This document shows, piece by piece, positions 1 through 13,125 of a stretch of DNA of 64,000 nucleotides. The stretch is from Octopus sinensis (Eukaryota). The stretch covers positions 81,840,001 through 81,904,000 of the forward strand of contig NC_043001.1 of NCBI RefSeq assembly GCF_006345805.1. The letters run 5' to 3'. How positions within the stretch are numbered: the first letter of the stretch is position 1; each line of letters opens with the position of its first letter. The notes under the pieces were generated by a model, which made no database searches, was not told the DNA's origin, and saw only the letters and a program-made list of their open reading frames with translations. The translations under genes were made by a program, and so were the position numbers.

Positions 1-59
1 ACAGTAGGACTGAACCCGGGACCATGTGGTTCGTAAGCAAGCTACTTACCACACATCCA

Positions 60-540
60 TGCTTGCACATGATATAATGACATGAGCAAGTAATCATTCT
101 ATATATGATACATGATGTAAAAACATATAATGTATGGAATGATACATGATGTAAGAACATATATATATATGGAATGATACATGATGTAAGAACATATGTA
201 TGGAATGATACATAATGTAAGAAACTATTATATGAGACGTAAGAACAGGGAACTATTTTATGTGATTTAAGAATAGGCATAGAATGATGATAGGATGTAA
301 GAATATGTAAAGAATTGTTAAATGTGATTTAATATTATGCAGGAAAGTGTTATAGGAAGTGCAAGTATTCCTGCACCATGATTATTACATGCATATTCTT
401 ACATCACATAAAATAGTTCCTTACATCATTACACGTGATGTAATAATACATAAGAAACTGTGTGCAAGACAATAATGCATAATATGTAAGAATGTGTAAA
501 GAAGGATTACATGGAATGTTAGACTATGTAACAAATTATA
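60..540. repeat. Degenerate 30-36 bp tandem repeat (gatacatgatgtaagaacatat...ggaat) with an inverted remnant near 380-450
   Basis: Repeated unit visible directly. Confidence 0.6.
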
Positions 541-974
541 TAGGCCATAAAAGATCATTAAGTGATGCAAGGACTTATAATGAACTGTTATATGTAATGT
601 AATGATCCATAAGTGTAAGAATACATTATTACTGCAATTTCAAAGCAGGATGGTGGACGGAGAATTGACAGAGTATGAAATTAAATAACACACAGCATTT
701 AATGATGCATTGACATTGTAAGTTGAAATTCCACAAAGATCAGAATTTGTCTTTCAGACTTTTGCGGTGCATGTGGGTCACTGAAATGAAATAGGGGTCA
801 AGTACTGGGCTCAACTCAATTTTGTCAATGATTCCTTCCACTCCCCTGAATCTGAGGCCTACATCTAAGTTAGATAGCATCACAGTCATTATCATTGTTA
901 TCAATATTATTATTATTATTATTATTATTATCATTATTATTATTATTATTATCATTATTATTATTATTATGGTG

Positions 975-1778
975 ATGAGCTGGCAGAATTGTTAGCATGC
1001 CGGCCAAAATGATTAGCAGCATTTTTTCCATCTGAAGGCGATCAACTGGCAGAATCATTAGCAAACCAGACATTCCATTTGTCTTTATATGTTCTGAGTT
1101 CAAATTCTTGTGAGGTCGACTTTGCCTTTCATGCTAAGTACCAGTAAAATACCCTGTTCCTACAGTAGAAAGGACTATTATAATTATTATGAAGGTGACA
1201 AGCTGGCAAAAATCATTAGGACACCAGGCAAAATGCTTAACGATATTTCATCTGTTTTTACGTTCCGAGTTCAAATCCCACCGAGGCCAACTTTGCTGTT
1301 CATCCTTTTGGGGTTGATAAATTGAGTACCAGTGAAACACGGATTGATGTAATCAACTAGACCCCCTCGCCACAAATTCGAGGCCTTGTGCCTCCAGTAA
1401 AAAGGATTATTATTATTAGGTAGTCTTATTTTAATCACGTACTTTCACTGCACTACCGAGTGCAGCTCTGTGTGCCTTGGGTATGTGCTGTGGTTTGTTG
1501 TGGTGCTCTTATTTTTACTGTATTGAAAGTGTTTTAGGTAGGGTGTGTGTGGTGCCTACTACAGCTACTTTCTGTATGTCACATGTACTTGTAAGTCCTG
1601 GTGTTTTTGCCATGCATTTGTCTGAATATTTTTTTATCATACTCACTGCGCCAACTATAACAGGAACTGTCTCTGTTCCCTGACTCCACATTCGAGTTAC
1701 CTCTATCAATTATTATTATGATTCTTTTCATTATTACAATTATTGTTGTTGTTGTGGTGGTTACTGTTATTATTACCG

Positions 1779-1818
<40 letters not shown>

Positions 1819-2010
1819 GGTCACAAGCTGGCAGAACCATTAGCATGCCAGACAAAATGCTTAGAGGTATTTCATCTGTCTTTATGTTCCGAGTTCAAAT
1901 TCCACCGAGGTTAACTTTACCTTTCATCCTTTTGTTGAGCAGTGGGGTTGATGTAATCAACTAGATCCCGCCCCTAAAATTCCAAGCCCTGTGCCTATAG
2001 TAGAAAGAAA
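975..2010 (+). mobile_element. Chain of degenerate SINE-B copies separated by (TTA)n tracts
   Basis: Recurring gagctggcagaa...gttcaaattcc..gaggtcgactttgcctttcatcc motif at about 975, 1195 and 1820. Confidence 0.75.
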
Positions 2011-3054
2011 TTACAACTACTACTACTACTACTGCTGCTATTAGACAGAACTGAATATTTGGCAATTGCACATTCCCGACCCCTAACTGACAAAAGAATT
2101 CATGAAATTACTTTGGATTTTATTGATTTTATATATTTTGATTTTTTGTGGGAGGGAGTGTTCTTTTCCCATTTCATATTTTAATACATCCAGACTGTAA
2201 GGGGAGCCACTATGTTAGTCACATGCCCTGCTAGAAATAGCAGCCAAATCTTCCTTAATCTTACACCTACCATCTTAAAAAAAAAAAAAGAAATCAAAAA
2301 CACACATGTTGGTTTATGGTGTCTTGAGTTCTCTGCACAGAAAAAAAAAGCAGAAAAAATGGGATAGTCAGTATCATAATGCCTTTGATCAATAGATCTG
2401 TCTGATTTGATCAGAGCTAGCCTGGGGTTAAACAGCAACAAACAACAACAACAACAATCCACACCTACTTCCCACAGAGATACAGAGGAGACACACCTGG
2501 CAACAGGAATTTGCAGCAGTTCTTGATGGAATCAAAAGACTTTGGTATTTGAAATATGCAACGAGGAAGGAACCGTCAATTTCTGCTGCTGTTGCTGTCA
2601 CTATTATGTAGAAAGGAATTCCTTTCTCGCACTAACCCCCATGCACCACATCTCTGTACTCCCCCTCACCCGCCATCCCCCCCCCACTCCAGCTCTATCT
2701 CCTTAGGGGCTGCACAGCTTGCTATGCATGCAATGTGCAACTAGGTGCAGATGGATATGCAGGAAGTTAACAGAGTCATCCAGTTCATACCAGGCTGTCA
2801 CTTACCTACTCCCTCCCCGCTGTCTTACACAGAGAATCTCTGAGTGTTTGTCGTGCAGTTTTAATAGAACTGGCATCGCAGAAATAACAACAGCAGCCAT
2901 CCTTATATGTGTGTGAGTGTGGGGGATGGATGGCTGTGTGATTAAGAAGTTCATTTTACAACAATATGGTTTTGTGTTCAATTCCACAGCATAGTAACTT
3001 GGCCGAGTGACTTTTTACTATAGCCCCAGGCCAACCAAATTTTGAAAATTATAC

Positions 3055-3252
3055 TCTTTTACTTGTTTCATTCATTTGACTGTGGCCATGCTGGAGCACC
3101 ACCTTTAGCTGAGCAAATCGGCCCCAGGACTTATTTTTTGTAAGTCTAGTACTTATTCTATTGGTCACTTTTGCCAAATCACTAAATTACAAGGACGTAA
3201 ACACACCAGCATCAGTTGTCAAGCGATGTGGGGGGAACAAACACATACATGC

Positions 3253-3283
<31 letters not shown>

Positions 3284-3730
3284 CACGATGGGCTTCTTTC
3301 AGTTTCCATCTACCAAATCCACTCACAAGGCTTTGGTCAGCCCGAGGCTATAGTAGAAGTCACTTGGCCAAAGTGCCACACAGTTTTGGGTTCAGTCACA
3401 CAGCGTGGTACCTTGGGCAAGTGTCTTCTACTATAGCCTCGTGCCGACCAAAGCCTTGTGAGAGGATTTGGTAGGCAGAAACTGAAAGAAGTCCATCGTA
3501 TATATGCGTGTGTATATATATATATATTTGTATGTGTGTGTGTGTATATGTTTGTGTGTCTGTGTTTGTCCCCCCAACATTGCTTGACAACTGATGCTGG
3601 TGTGGTTCAGCAAAAGAGACCAATAGAATAAGTACTAGGCTTACAAAGAATAAGGCCTGGGGTTGATTTGCTCGACTAAAGGCGGTGCTCCAGCATGGCC
3701 GCAGTCAAATGACTGAAACAAGTAAAAGAG
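3055..3730. mobile_element. Back-to-back inverted SINE-A copies (3055-3378 minus, 3380-3730 plus)
   Basis: Shared gcaccttgggcaagtgtcttctactatagcc core, internal (TA)n/(TG)n tract, and caaatgactgaaacaagtaaaaga end. Confidence 0.8.
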
Positions 3731-3772
3731 TATAATTTGTATAGAAGAAGGTTTTAAATGAGATCACCTTAA

Positions 3773-4297
3773 CCCTTTCACTACCATATTTCTGTTGAAA
3801 TACTCTTAGTTTCAGTTGATTTGGTGAAAATAATGTAGTAAAATAACCTTGTCATTATTAAAGTTTAAACAGCAGGGAAGGGTTGCATGAATGAGTGCCA
3901 AACAGGCAAAACACAAAAAAATATCCCTGTTCTTCAAGGGAAATTTTATATACATATTTTCATATTAAGTAGAAAATCTATAATAATTGTTAGTCTCTTG
4001 CACAATAAAATTTATAGCTTCATTATCAAAAAGTGCCATAAAATATTCACTTTCTTTTGATGAGGACTACATCCATGTAAAATTTTTGAAACATTAATTG
4101 ATGATGTCCACTGTTTTCTAAGGAAACATCAACTGACATGTGCTATCTAAGGGTTAGGCTGGTGTTTCAAACATAAATTAACATGAAATTTTGATGGGAA
4201 GGGTTTTAGATCACTGTAAAACAAGAAGTTAGTTTATCACAGAACCAAGAGTGGTCTTGGGGTGGATTGGTTGGTTGGTTGGTTGGTATCAAAAGGG
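3773..4297. mobile_element. Non-autonomous piggyBac-like element with TTAA TSD and a nested insert (about 3862-4157)
   Basis: TTAA|CCCTTTCACTACC ... GGTATCAAAAGGG|TTAA. The body resembles 52497-53084. Confidence 0.7.
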
Positions 4298-4920
4298 TTA
4301 ATGTAAAGCTCAAACATCCTTTGGCAGTAATTTACTAGGGAAATTCTCCAGCCTCGTTAATTGACAAATAATAATGTAGAGCAGCGGTTTTCAACTGGGG
4401 TCCATATTAGATTTAGTTATTAAAAATTATCTGCAATAAATCAGTTATACTTCGACATTACACAAAATATTTTTAATGTTTTTCTTATTCTTTTTTAACT
4501 TGTATCAATCATTAGACTGCAGCTATGCTGAGGCAGCACCTTGAAGATTTTTAGCTGAATGTATCAGCCACATTGTCTTTTTAATATTTTTTTTAAAGCT
4601 TGGTACTTATTCTATTCTATCGATCTCTTTTGCTGAACTGCTAAATTGCAGGAATATAAACACACCAGCACGAGTTGTCAGTGGGGAGGTGGCACAAACA
4701 CGGATGTAAAGACACACATGTATATACAAGGGTTGCTGAAAAGTTCTTGGTTTTGGGTAAAAGAAAATATAGGAAGATCAGTTAATTGTAATTTTATTCA
4801 ACATATTCCCTTCTCAGATTCACACACTTGTTTTTCTAAGCCCTGTAAAAGAATTCAGAAAGTCGAGCCTCCAAATAGGCCTTTCACAATATCTTTAAAG
4901 CCAGGAACTTTTCAGTACTT

Positions 4921-5017
<97 letters not shown>

Positions 5018-6649
5018 TATATTTCATCATATTGAACTTTTAATCTCTACACATTCTTTTTCACTCTCAATCCTTTCTGTCAAAGAGCATAGGCTCAAAA
5101 CATCAAAAGACTTTTCCATTCTTCCTGAACATTAAACTAATACACCTGCTTGTTCTTCCCTCACCTGTCTTAATATTTTGTTTACTGTAAATTTGAACTA
5201 TAGATACACACATATACATATAAATACACACACACACATATATATATATACAAACATACACACACACACACGACAGGCTTCTTTCAGTTTCCATCTACCA
5301 AATCCACTCACAAGGCTTTAGTCAAATGTCTTCTATAGCAGAAGATACTTGCCTAAGATTGGGATCTTTTAAAACATCTAATGGCTATGAGGGTCCAGTA
5401 GAGTAATATAGGAATCAAAGGAACTCATAAGCATATATATATATATATATATATGACAGGCTTCTTTCAGTTTCTGTCTACCAAATCCACTTGCAAGGCT
5501 TCGGACGGCCCGAGGCTATAGTAGAAGACACTTACCCAAGGTGTCACACAGTGGGACTGAACGGGGAACAATGTGGTTGGTAAGCAAGCTACTTACTACA
5601 CAGTCACTCCTGTGCCTATAGCCAATCTAAAAATATTCACCACCACTTAAACGGAACAAACTATACTGCCATTACTACCACGAGAGAAACTCTCATATTA
5701 GCTTTTTGGTACAAAATGCACTCATTTTCTAACAACTTGACCAAACTTGTTGCCTTAAACTTGTGAAATATTTATAAGAGGAAAATAGTGGCAAGAGAAT
5801 TTTATTATTTGGCGGAAATTAAAATAAGAAAAAGCTGAAGAACTCATTTACCAATTAATTTCACTTGACAAAACAGTCAATGCCAAATGATGAAATTAAA
5901 TGTCAACTTCAGTTTAAAACCAGGAACTCTGTTTCTTTACTTTACAAACAAAACATAAAAATATATATCAAAAAATAATAAATGCTTTTTTTGGTTCTTC
6001 TACTGACTTCTGTTAGACAGATTTTGGTTTTTATTTATCAAGAGACATTTCAAAGACTGTTTTGGTGTTATTTATTAACAGACATAACAAAGTGTGTTTT
6101 TTTTTAGTTTATTTTTATTTTAACAGTCCTTTATACCAACTAATCACAAACAAATAAAGGTTATGTGTGGTTTTTCTTTATGCTAGAAATGGCAGTCAAA
6201 TCTCTTTCGAATTGCATTTTGGTTATTTAAGACACAACAGAGAATGTTTGGTCTTTGTTTTGATATTGTTGTTTTTTTTTTAGCAGTTAATTGTATTAAA
6301 CACTATACCATATTGAAACAAATTGTAAAGGCTCAACATGCAAGAAATAGCAATCAAATCTCCTTCCAATTATATTTTGGTTGTCATTTATTTACAGATA
6401 AAACTTTCTCAGAAGTTCCATATACCAACCATTCATAAACAGATAGACTCTGATTGGGCATTCGTCATGCTAGAAATAGCAGTCAAGTCTCCTTCTAATC
6501 ACATTTTGATATTGTTTATTAAGAATCCCAACAAAAAGCATGTTCTTTTTCTGTTTGCAGGGGGGAGTTCCTTATACCAACCACTATATTGTTCCCAAAT
6601 ATATTATAAAAACTCTATGTGGTCACTTGACATACTAAAAACAGGCATT

Positions 6650-7160
6650 AGATTGCGGCCATGCTGGGGCACAGTCTTGAAGAATTTTAGTCGAAAGAAT
6701 CAACCCCAGTACTTATTTTCATTTTTAAGCCTGACACTTATTCAATTGGTATCTTTTGCTGAACTGCTAAGTTACAAGGATGTAAACACACCAACACTAG
6801 TTGCCAAGCAGTGGAGGGATACAAAAACAAACACACACACATACACAACAGGCTTTTTTCAGTTTCCTTCAATCAAATCCACTCACAAGGCTTTGGTTGG
6901 TCTGAGGGTGTAGTAGAAGACACTTGCCCAAAACTGCCACACACTGGGACTGAACCCAGAACTACATGGTTGGGAAGCAAGCTTCTTACCACATAACGAC
7001 ATCTGTGCCTACATTCCTGTAACTTAGCAGTTCAGCAAAAGTGAATGATAGAATAAGTGCCAGACTTAAAATATAAATACTGAGTTGATTTGTTTGACTA
7101 AATCCTTCAAGGAAGTATCCCAGCATGGCCACAGTCCAATAACTGAAACAAGTAAAAGAT
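6650..7160. mobile_element. SINE-A copy (minus, about 6650-7010) followed by a SINE-A 3' half (plus)
   Basis: Same family motifs as 48967-49434. Confidence 0.75.
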
Positions 7161-7288
7161 GATTGCTGCTGCCACCACCATCATCATCAACATTTAATGT
7201 CCATTTTTCCATGCTGGCATGTGATAAACAAGAATATAATTGTTGATCCCATAACCATCACTGTTGAAAACAAGTAACAGCCACCTAC

Positions 7289-7386
7289 CTTTGTTGTCTT
7301 TAAGAGTGACATCAATTCCAGTTTGCAGGAGTAGGTTTAAAACCTCTGTGTTGCCCATAAGTGCAGCATGATGTAGATATGATACT
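7289..7386 (-). CDS. caskin: Internal coding exon (98 nt, phase 2 to phase 1) of an ankyrin-repeat gene, Caskin-like; encodes [32 protein letters not shown](G)
   Basis: Minus strand: acceptor gtctttctactttcag, donor AAAG|GTAGGT, open frame. The peptide matches human CASKIN1 [33 protein letters not shown] as recalled. Splices in frame to exon 21214-21163. ANKS1A/B is the alternative family assignment. Confidence 0.85.
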
Positions 7387-7554
7387 CTGAAAGTAGAAAG
7401 ACATGCAAAATAAATACCATTTCAAATTTTGACACAAGGCCAGCAATTTTCAGGGGGCAGGGTACAAGTCGATTACATCAACCCCAAGTTCTTGACCACT
7501 ATTTTCCTTTATTGACTCCTACAAGGATGAAAAGCAAAGTTGACCTCTAACAGC

Positions 7555-8190
7555 TGACATATAACAAAGAATCCAGGCATTTGAGCACAAGTGCTTTGAA
7601 AGGCTGTTATGCATCCAGTACACAGAACACCAAATGAATAGCTTTGTCAGGCAGCAAGTCAACAAATACGCAGATAGACAGGTGTGCAGGTAAAAGGATG
7701 AAAGCTTGCCTGGTATATGATCACATATCCTACCACTACTCCCTGTCGAAAACCATCCTTGAGGACAGTGGAGACACATGGCCTAGTGGTTAGAGCAGCG
7801 GACTCGCGGTCGAGGGATCGCGGGTTCGAATCTCAGACTGGGCGACGTGTGTGTTTATGGTTCCGGCAGAAGGTAATGGCGAACTTCTGCTAACTCTTTC
7901 GCCACAACTTTCTCTCACTCTTTCCTCCTGCATCTAGCGGCTCACATGTGACGGACCGGCGTCCCATCCAAGTGGGGAACATATACACCATAAAAACCGG
8001 GAAACTGGCCCTTATGAGCCAGGCATGGCTCGAGAAGGAACAAACAACATATTCTTGAGGACAGAGTGAGGAAGATTGAAGGAGAAGCAGACAGAAAATC
8101 CTGGCCTGATAACATCAAGGACTGGATATATCACAACACCGTAACCTTCCTACACATGGCAGAAAACAGAGACAAGTGGCAACCCTAATA
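7555..8190 (+). mobile_element. Degenerate RTE-clade LINE 3' coding remnant, interrupted by SINE-C
   Basis: Fragments translate to SLSKTILE..., RKSWPDNIKDW and LHMAENRDKW, typical of the RTE RT C-terminus. Confidence 0.75.
7769..8053 (+). mobile_element. SINE-C with 11-bp TSD CTTGAGGACAG (7758-7768 and 8054-8064)
   Basis: tRNA-like head with A box (tggcctagtggttag) and B box (ggttcgaatc), short CAA-rich tail, TSD. Confidence 0.9.
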
Positions 8191-8707
8191 GTCGTCGTGT
8201 GAGTTTGTGTACCTATGTGCGTTGTGTTTAACTCTGTGTGTGTGTGTATGTATGCATGCATATTGTATACAAAGTTGATTTAGTAAGTTGTTTTTTATTT
8301 CTTATCTCCAACATGAAATGCTTCGGTATAATAATAATAATAATAATAATAATGATGATAATAATAAGTGAAATAAATCAACTGCATTTTACGATCAGTA
8401 CCATTACTATTGATTGCTGATGACTTTTACTGATTAGTTATGATTATTTGTTTACCTTTCATATTCAATTCAATATAACATGCCAGACAAATTACATTAT
8501 GATTACCATACATTGTCCATATATAAATATATGTGCACACACACACACACACACACACAGAGGATTATAAAAACACATGGAAATGACAATGAAATCCTAT
8601 TATTCCTTTATGTTTATATAACATGTAAATGCGATATAGAATATATATGTAAATATATACAAACATTTGTATATGACAGGAATACAATGTATAGAATGTA
8701 TGTATGT

Positions 8708-8743
<36 letters not shown>

Positions 8744-9269
8744 TTTGGAACGGTGAATCTCAAAGCAGAAAAAGCTATAAATGATCTTTTCTACTGTAGG
8801 CACAAGGCCTGAAATTTTTTTTGGGGGGGGAGGGAGGATAGTCAATTATATTGACCCCTCACCCCTCAGTGTTCAACTGGTACTTAATTTATTGATCCCG
8901 ATGAAAGGCAAAGTTGGCCTCGGTGGAAGTTGAACACAGAACGTTGAGGCGGGCAAAATGCCGCTAAGCATTTCGCCTGGCGTGCTAATGATTCTGCTAG
9001 CTTGCCGCCTCAGAAAAAGCTATAAATAATAGAGCGTAAATATTGGGTTAAAGAAATCCATTGGATACAAAAAGTTAAAGGTTGTCCATGGGACTCAAGC
9101 TACATCGTGCATGTGTATACACACACATGCATCTAATATGAAAACAATGCATATAATAATTGATATATAAAAAAGAGATTCGAGAACGTGTTTTCTTTAT
9201 CTTTGAGCCTCTTTCGCTCTAGTTTCTTCTTGGTGAACAATCCATTGCCCTTCCTTCTTTATATTGGCA

Positions 9270-9425
9270 TTGGGAAGGGCATTGGCGTTAGGAAGGGCAT
9301 CCAGCCGAAGAAACACTGCCAGATCTGACTGGGCCTGATGAAGCCTTCCAGCTTCACAGACCCCAGTTGAACCGTCCAACCCATGCTAGCATGGAAAACG
9401 GATGCTAAATGATGATGATGATGTT
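9270..9425 (+). mobile_element. RTE-type 3' tail (aggaagggcatccagc...ccaacccatgctagcatggaaaacgg...(GAT)n)
   Basis: Same tail at about 52190-52360, 53860-53965, 54430-54595 and 48810-48945. Confidence 0.7.
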
Positions 9426-9636
9426 CTCATCATTCGAATATACTAACATTACAGCTGTGTACTTCAGATGCTATTTCAGAAATGCTTAAGATAGTACTAT
9501 AAGATATAGAAAAAATAAGGGCCTGTAGTCACAGAGCAGTACAGGACCTCTTCTCTGGCTCAAAGAAATCCAGAACACTATGCAGTAATACTGTACCCTG
9601 CTTTTGAAGTTGGTTAATTTGTAAAGGTTGTGTTAA

Positions 9637-9800
9637 AAGCAGTTTCCTTCACTTTTCTAAGCAGTTTTCATTATTTTCATAAGCAGTCTTCATTACTTTT
9701 CTAAGCAATTTTATTTTCCTAGGCAGTTTTCTTTACTTTTCTAAGCAGTCTTCATTATTTTCCTAAGCAGTTTTCTTTATTTTCCTAAGAAGTTTTCCAT
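9637..9800. repeat. About 22-bp minisatellite (aagcagttttcattattttcct), about 8 copies
   Basis: Direct reading. Confidence 0.8.
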
Positions 9801-9900
9801 TTCATCCTATAAACATTATACCATAGATATGGTACAGTATGATATATTCTAAGAATTTTAGGTGGATTAAATTAATATCAAACACACCCTGATTTGGAAG

Positions 9901-10224
9901 GAGCACTCTGTAGGTTGTGACAACGAGGGTCCCAGCTGATATGATCAACGGAACAGCTTGCTCGTGAAATTAACATGTAAATGGCTGAGCACTCCACAAA
10001 CACGTGTGCCCTTAATGTAGTTCTCGGGGAAATTCAGCAAGACGCAGAATGTGACAAGGCTGGCCCTTTGAAATACAGGTACTACTCATTTTTGCCAGCT
10101 GAGTGAACTGGAGCAACGTGAAATAAAGTGTCTTGCTCAAGGACACAACGCACCACCGGGAATTGAACTCACGACCATACGATTATGAGCCGAATGCCCC
10201 TAACCACTAAGCCACACGCCTTCA
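9901..10224 (-). mobile_element. SINE-C with 13-bp TSD CCTGATTTGGAAG (9888-9900 and 10225-10237)
   Basis: tRNA-like head at the right end, exact TSD. Confidence 0.9.
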
Positions 10225-10592
10225 CCTGATTTGGAAGTGTATTAATTTGAATCTGTTGAATTCAATTTAGTTCTTTGCTTATACTTCACAAATTTGGGAC
10301 ACTTCCAGTCTCAAGGTTGCTAGATAATTGGTCTGGTAGTGTATTACAAAAATAGGAAATTGTAAACATGGAATAATGGGGTTCACTTTCAGTTCAATTT
10401 ACTTTCACTTTTTCTAGAAGACTAAACTGAATGTTGATGTGAGGGAAATGATGGTGCAAGGACTGTAGGAATGTTCTTGATTATAGCTCTGCTCGATTAG
10501 GGCTAAACAGCAACACATCTCGAATTATATTGACCAGGGTAGGGGAAAATTTGAGTTAACTTGGTAGCTATTTCTTGCAGGCTGAGCAACTA

Positions 10593-11102
10593 TCATAAAT
10601 CCTCGAGTATAATCCGCATTTTTTTCTCAAAATTTAAAGATTAAAATCCCTTGTGTGTACTATAAAAATGAAAATTATTTTCTAAGCAATGTCCAAGTCT
10701 CTATTTGCTGCCTGGCTATGTTTATTCAGACACATTTTGTGATGTTGGGCGTGAAAATACCATAAGCTAAGCCTGAAAGCAATGAAGTCATAAAAGAATC
10801 ATCCATAACTTGCACTAAGCAACATTTATTAAACGTTATTGCTGTTATTACTGTTATTTCTTTATTTTCTGCAAACAAAATGCACAAAAAAGCTACACGT
10901 TTGCATTAAGTTATATATATAATAATAATAAAGGACGTTACTGTATACATTTTTACAAACCAAGGACGTTATATAGACCTCCATGACTCAAGTTAGAGAA
11001 GGGGTGCGTATTATACACAGGTTTAGATTTTTCAGAGGTACAGCCCCCTAAAAATCCCCTGCGTATTATACTCAAGGGCGGACTATACTCGAGGATTTAC
11101 GG
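10593..11102. mobile_element. Tc1/mariner-superfamily MITE with TA TSD
   Basis: TIRs TA|tcataaatcctcgagtataatccgc and gcggactatactcgaggatttacgg|TA. Confidence 0.85.
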
Positions 11103-11847
11103 TATGTAGAAACTCTGTAATTGAAGCATGTGCACAGATAGTGGAGTAAAGTAATTATTGGCCTTTTATCCTCAAATGTTTTTAAATGTCATTTATATGT
11201 ATGTGTGTGTGTATTTATGGCTAGTTATGTGTGTGTGTGTATTTGTGTATGTACGAAGGTATGCATGTGTACAAGTATGTGTGTATACACGTATGTATAT
11301 ATGTGCGCATGTAATGTATTGGAAGCTATAAACACAGATTCAAACAGTTTTACAAGTGTTTGAAGGAGAGAGAAGGACAACTCGACCTTCAATTGTCAGC
11401 AAATACGAGACGGGAGGTGGCATTGTTAAAACATGGTGACACTGGAAGGCAAGCATTACGACAGAATTGACCTTAATTGACACCCAACTACTGTTAAACA
11501 TTGTTAAATAACAGTGGACTGTTTTCTAAATGATTCATACTTTGAATTAACCAACAAAATTATAAGAATGTGATAGGTGAGGACAGGTATTTATTCAAAT
11601 TTAAACTGCTATCAGATAAGCTCTTTTTATAAAAAGATTTCGCCAAATTATGTAAACTCAAAATACAATGGAGTTTCTGGTTACAGATAAGTTGTTGTTG
11701 TTATTAATCATTATTTCGAATTCTGCCAAGGTCTACTTTGCCTTTCATCCTTTCAGGATTGATAAATTACGTACAAGTGAAACACTGGGGTCGATGTAAA
11801 TTCCAGGCCTTGTGCCTACAGTAGAAAGGATTATTTATTATTATTAT

Positions 11848-12200
11848 TGAGTGAGAGAGTAGTTCATGCCATCAAAGTGACACTGGAGTAAAATATACGA
11901 AGCCCAATATACCCATCATGACTACCCGTCTGATAAGGGTACACCAGGCACATGCATCACAACCATATGTGCGCGACATGGTGATCTCATATCAAGATAA
12001 ACAGCACATGACCTTGCAGGTGGGGCCCAGTTAGAATTTTCTTCAGGTTGAGTAGCCCATCCCGCTCAAAAGGTCCCTGAATAAGGGTTGTTTAAGGATG
12101 TTGAAAGAACCACCCATGTTTCCAGAGGTGAATTATTCAAACCCTAAAGAATCCCTCTCAACACATGGCTATGATGCTCCCCCACTACTTCTGCTCTTTA
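11848..12200 (+). mobile_element. Unclassified interspersed repeat beginning (TTA)n-gagtgagagag
   Basis: Closely similar copies at 35279-35680 (+), 38995-39490 (-) and 43540-43990 (+). Confidence 0.8.
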
Positions 12201-12204
12201 TAAT

Positions 12205-12830
12205 TAAGGTGACAAACTGGCAGAATCGTTAGCGTGCCAGGCAAAATGCTGAGTGGTATTTTGTCCATGCGAACGTCTAAGTTCAAATTCTGCCAAGGTT
12301 GACATTGCCTTTCATCCTTTCAAATTCGATGAAATAAGTACCAGTTACGTACCAGGGTCGAAGAAATCGATTTATACCATCTCCCAAAATTTCAGGCCTT
12401 GTGCCTACAGTAGAAAGGATTATTATTATTATTATTAAGGCGGTAGAATCGTCAGAACGCTGGACTAAATGCTCAGGAGTATCTCTTCTGGCCTTAAATT
12501 CTAAGTATCTCTTCAGGGTTGATGAAAGTAGGTACCAGTTGAGCAATGGGGTCGATGAAATCGACTATTCCTCTTCCCCAAAATTTCAAACCTTGTGCGT
12601 TTAGTAAAAAGGATCTTATATAAAGCAACGAGGTGGCGCAATTGTTTAAGCGTCGGACAATAAGTTCAGCGTCATTATTTCCAGTTTTATGTTCTAAGTT
12701 CAAATTCCGCCGAGGTCGACTTTACCTTTCATCCTTTCGAGATTAATAGAATAAGTACCAATCAAAGACTAGGGTCGGTGTAATCGCCTTAGTCCTCCCC
12801 ACAAAATTCCCGACCATGTGCCAAAATAAG
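12205..12830 (+). mobile_element. Three tandem degenerate SINE-B copies
   Basis: Family motifs repeated, with TTA spacers. Confidence 0.75.
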
Positions 12831-12937
12831 ATTTTTATTATTATTATTAATATTATTATTATTATTATTGTCTTCTTTCGATTCTGTTTCCACTTCTTAC
12901 CGAGTGTTTTCCCAGTACCCAAGGCAAAGAAACTCAC

Positions 12938-12957
12938 TGTATACATTGGTCGGACAT
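12938..12957 (-). CDS. Candidate coding part of an alternative internal first exon, MSDQCI(Q), in frame with the 7386 exon
   Basis: ATG TCC GAC CAA TGT ATA CA|GTGAGT. Phase 2 matches the 98-nt exon. CRE-like and ETS-like motifs lie just upstream. Confidence 0.3.
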
Positions 12958-13083
12958 TAAAATAAACACACCAGGTTGTTGAAAAAGTTAGGAAAGCCGG
13001 AAGAAAGAAATTAAAGAAAATGAGCACAGAACATAAGGGGGAAAGGGAAAGAAAATTTACAGAGACAATGCTTTCATCAATAC

Positions 13084-13125
13084 GCGTGACGTGCCAGTTA
13101 AGACAATTTTTTGCACTTCCTGTAT
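13084..13125. promoter_or_regulatory. Putative promoter motifs in a CpG-richer, repeat-poor island: TGACGTG (13087-13093) and ACTTCCTG (13115-13122)
   Basis: Motif match only. A further TGACGTC lies at 13892-13898, and GTGAGT donors at 12932-12937 and 13396-13401 (minus). Confidence 0.3.

Noticed and set aside
2715-2795. Minus-strand AWYELDDSVNFLHIHLHLVAH, superficially like the next Caskin exon (..AAW..VN..HIPLHLAAQ)
   Set aside because: Motif spacing is wrong, an in-frame stop lies just upstream, and the phase does not fit. The true next exon is probably left of the window.
6338-6913. 191-aa ORF
   Set aside because: Runs through short dispersed repeats and the antisense strand of a SINE-A; no protein-like signature.
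7769-7850. tRNA-like sequences here and at other SINE heads
   Set aside because: A and B boxes are present, but each continues into a SINE body with a TSD; they are not intact tRNA genes.
11330-11480. Short protein-like frames on both strands (FKQFYKCLKEREGQ..; MPPPVSYLLTIEG..)
   Set aside because: No recognisable family, and the phases are incompatible with the Caskin exons.
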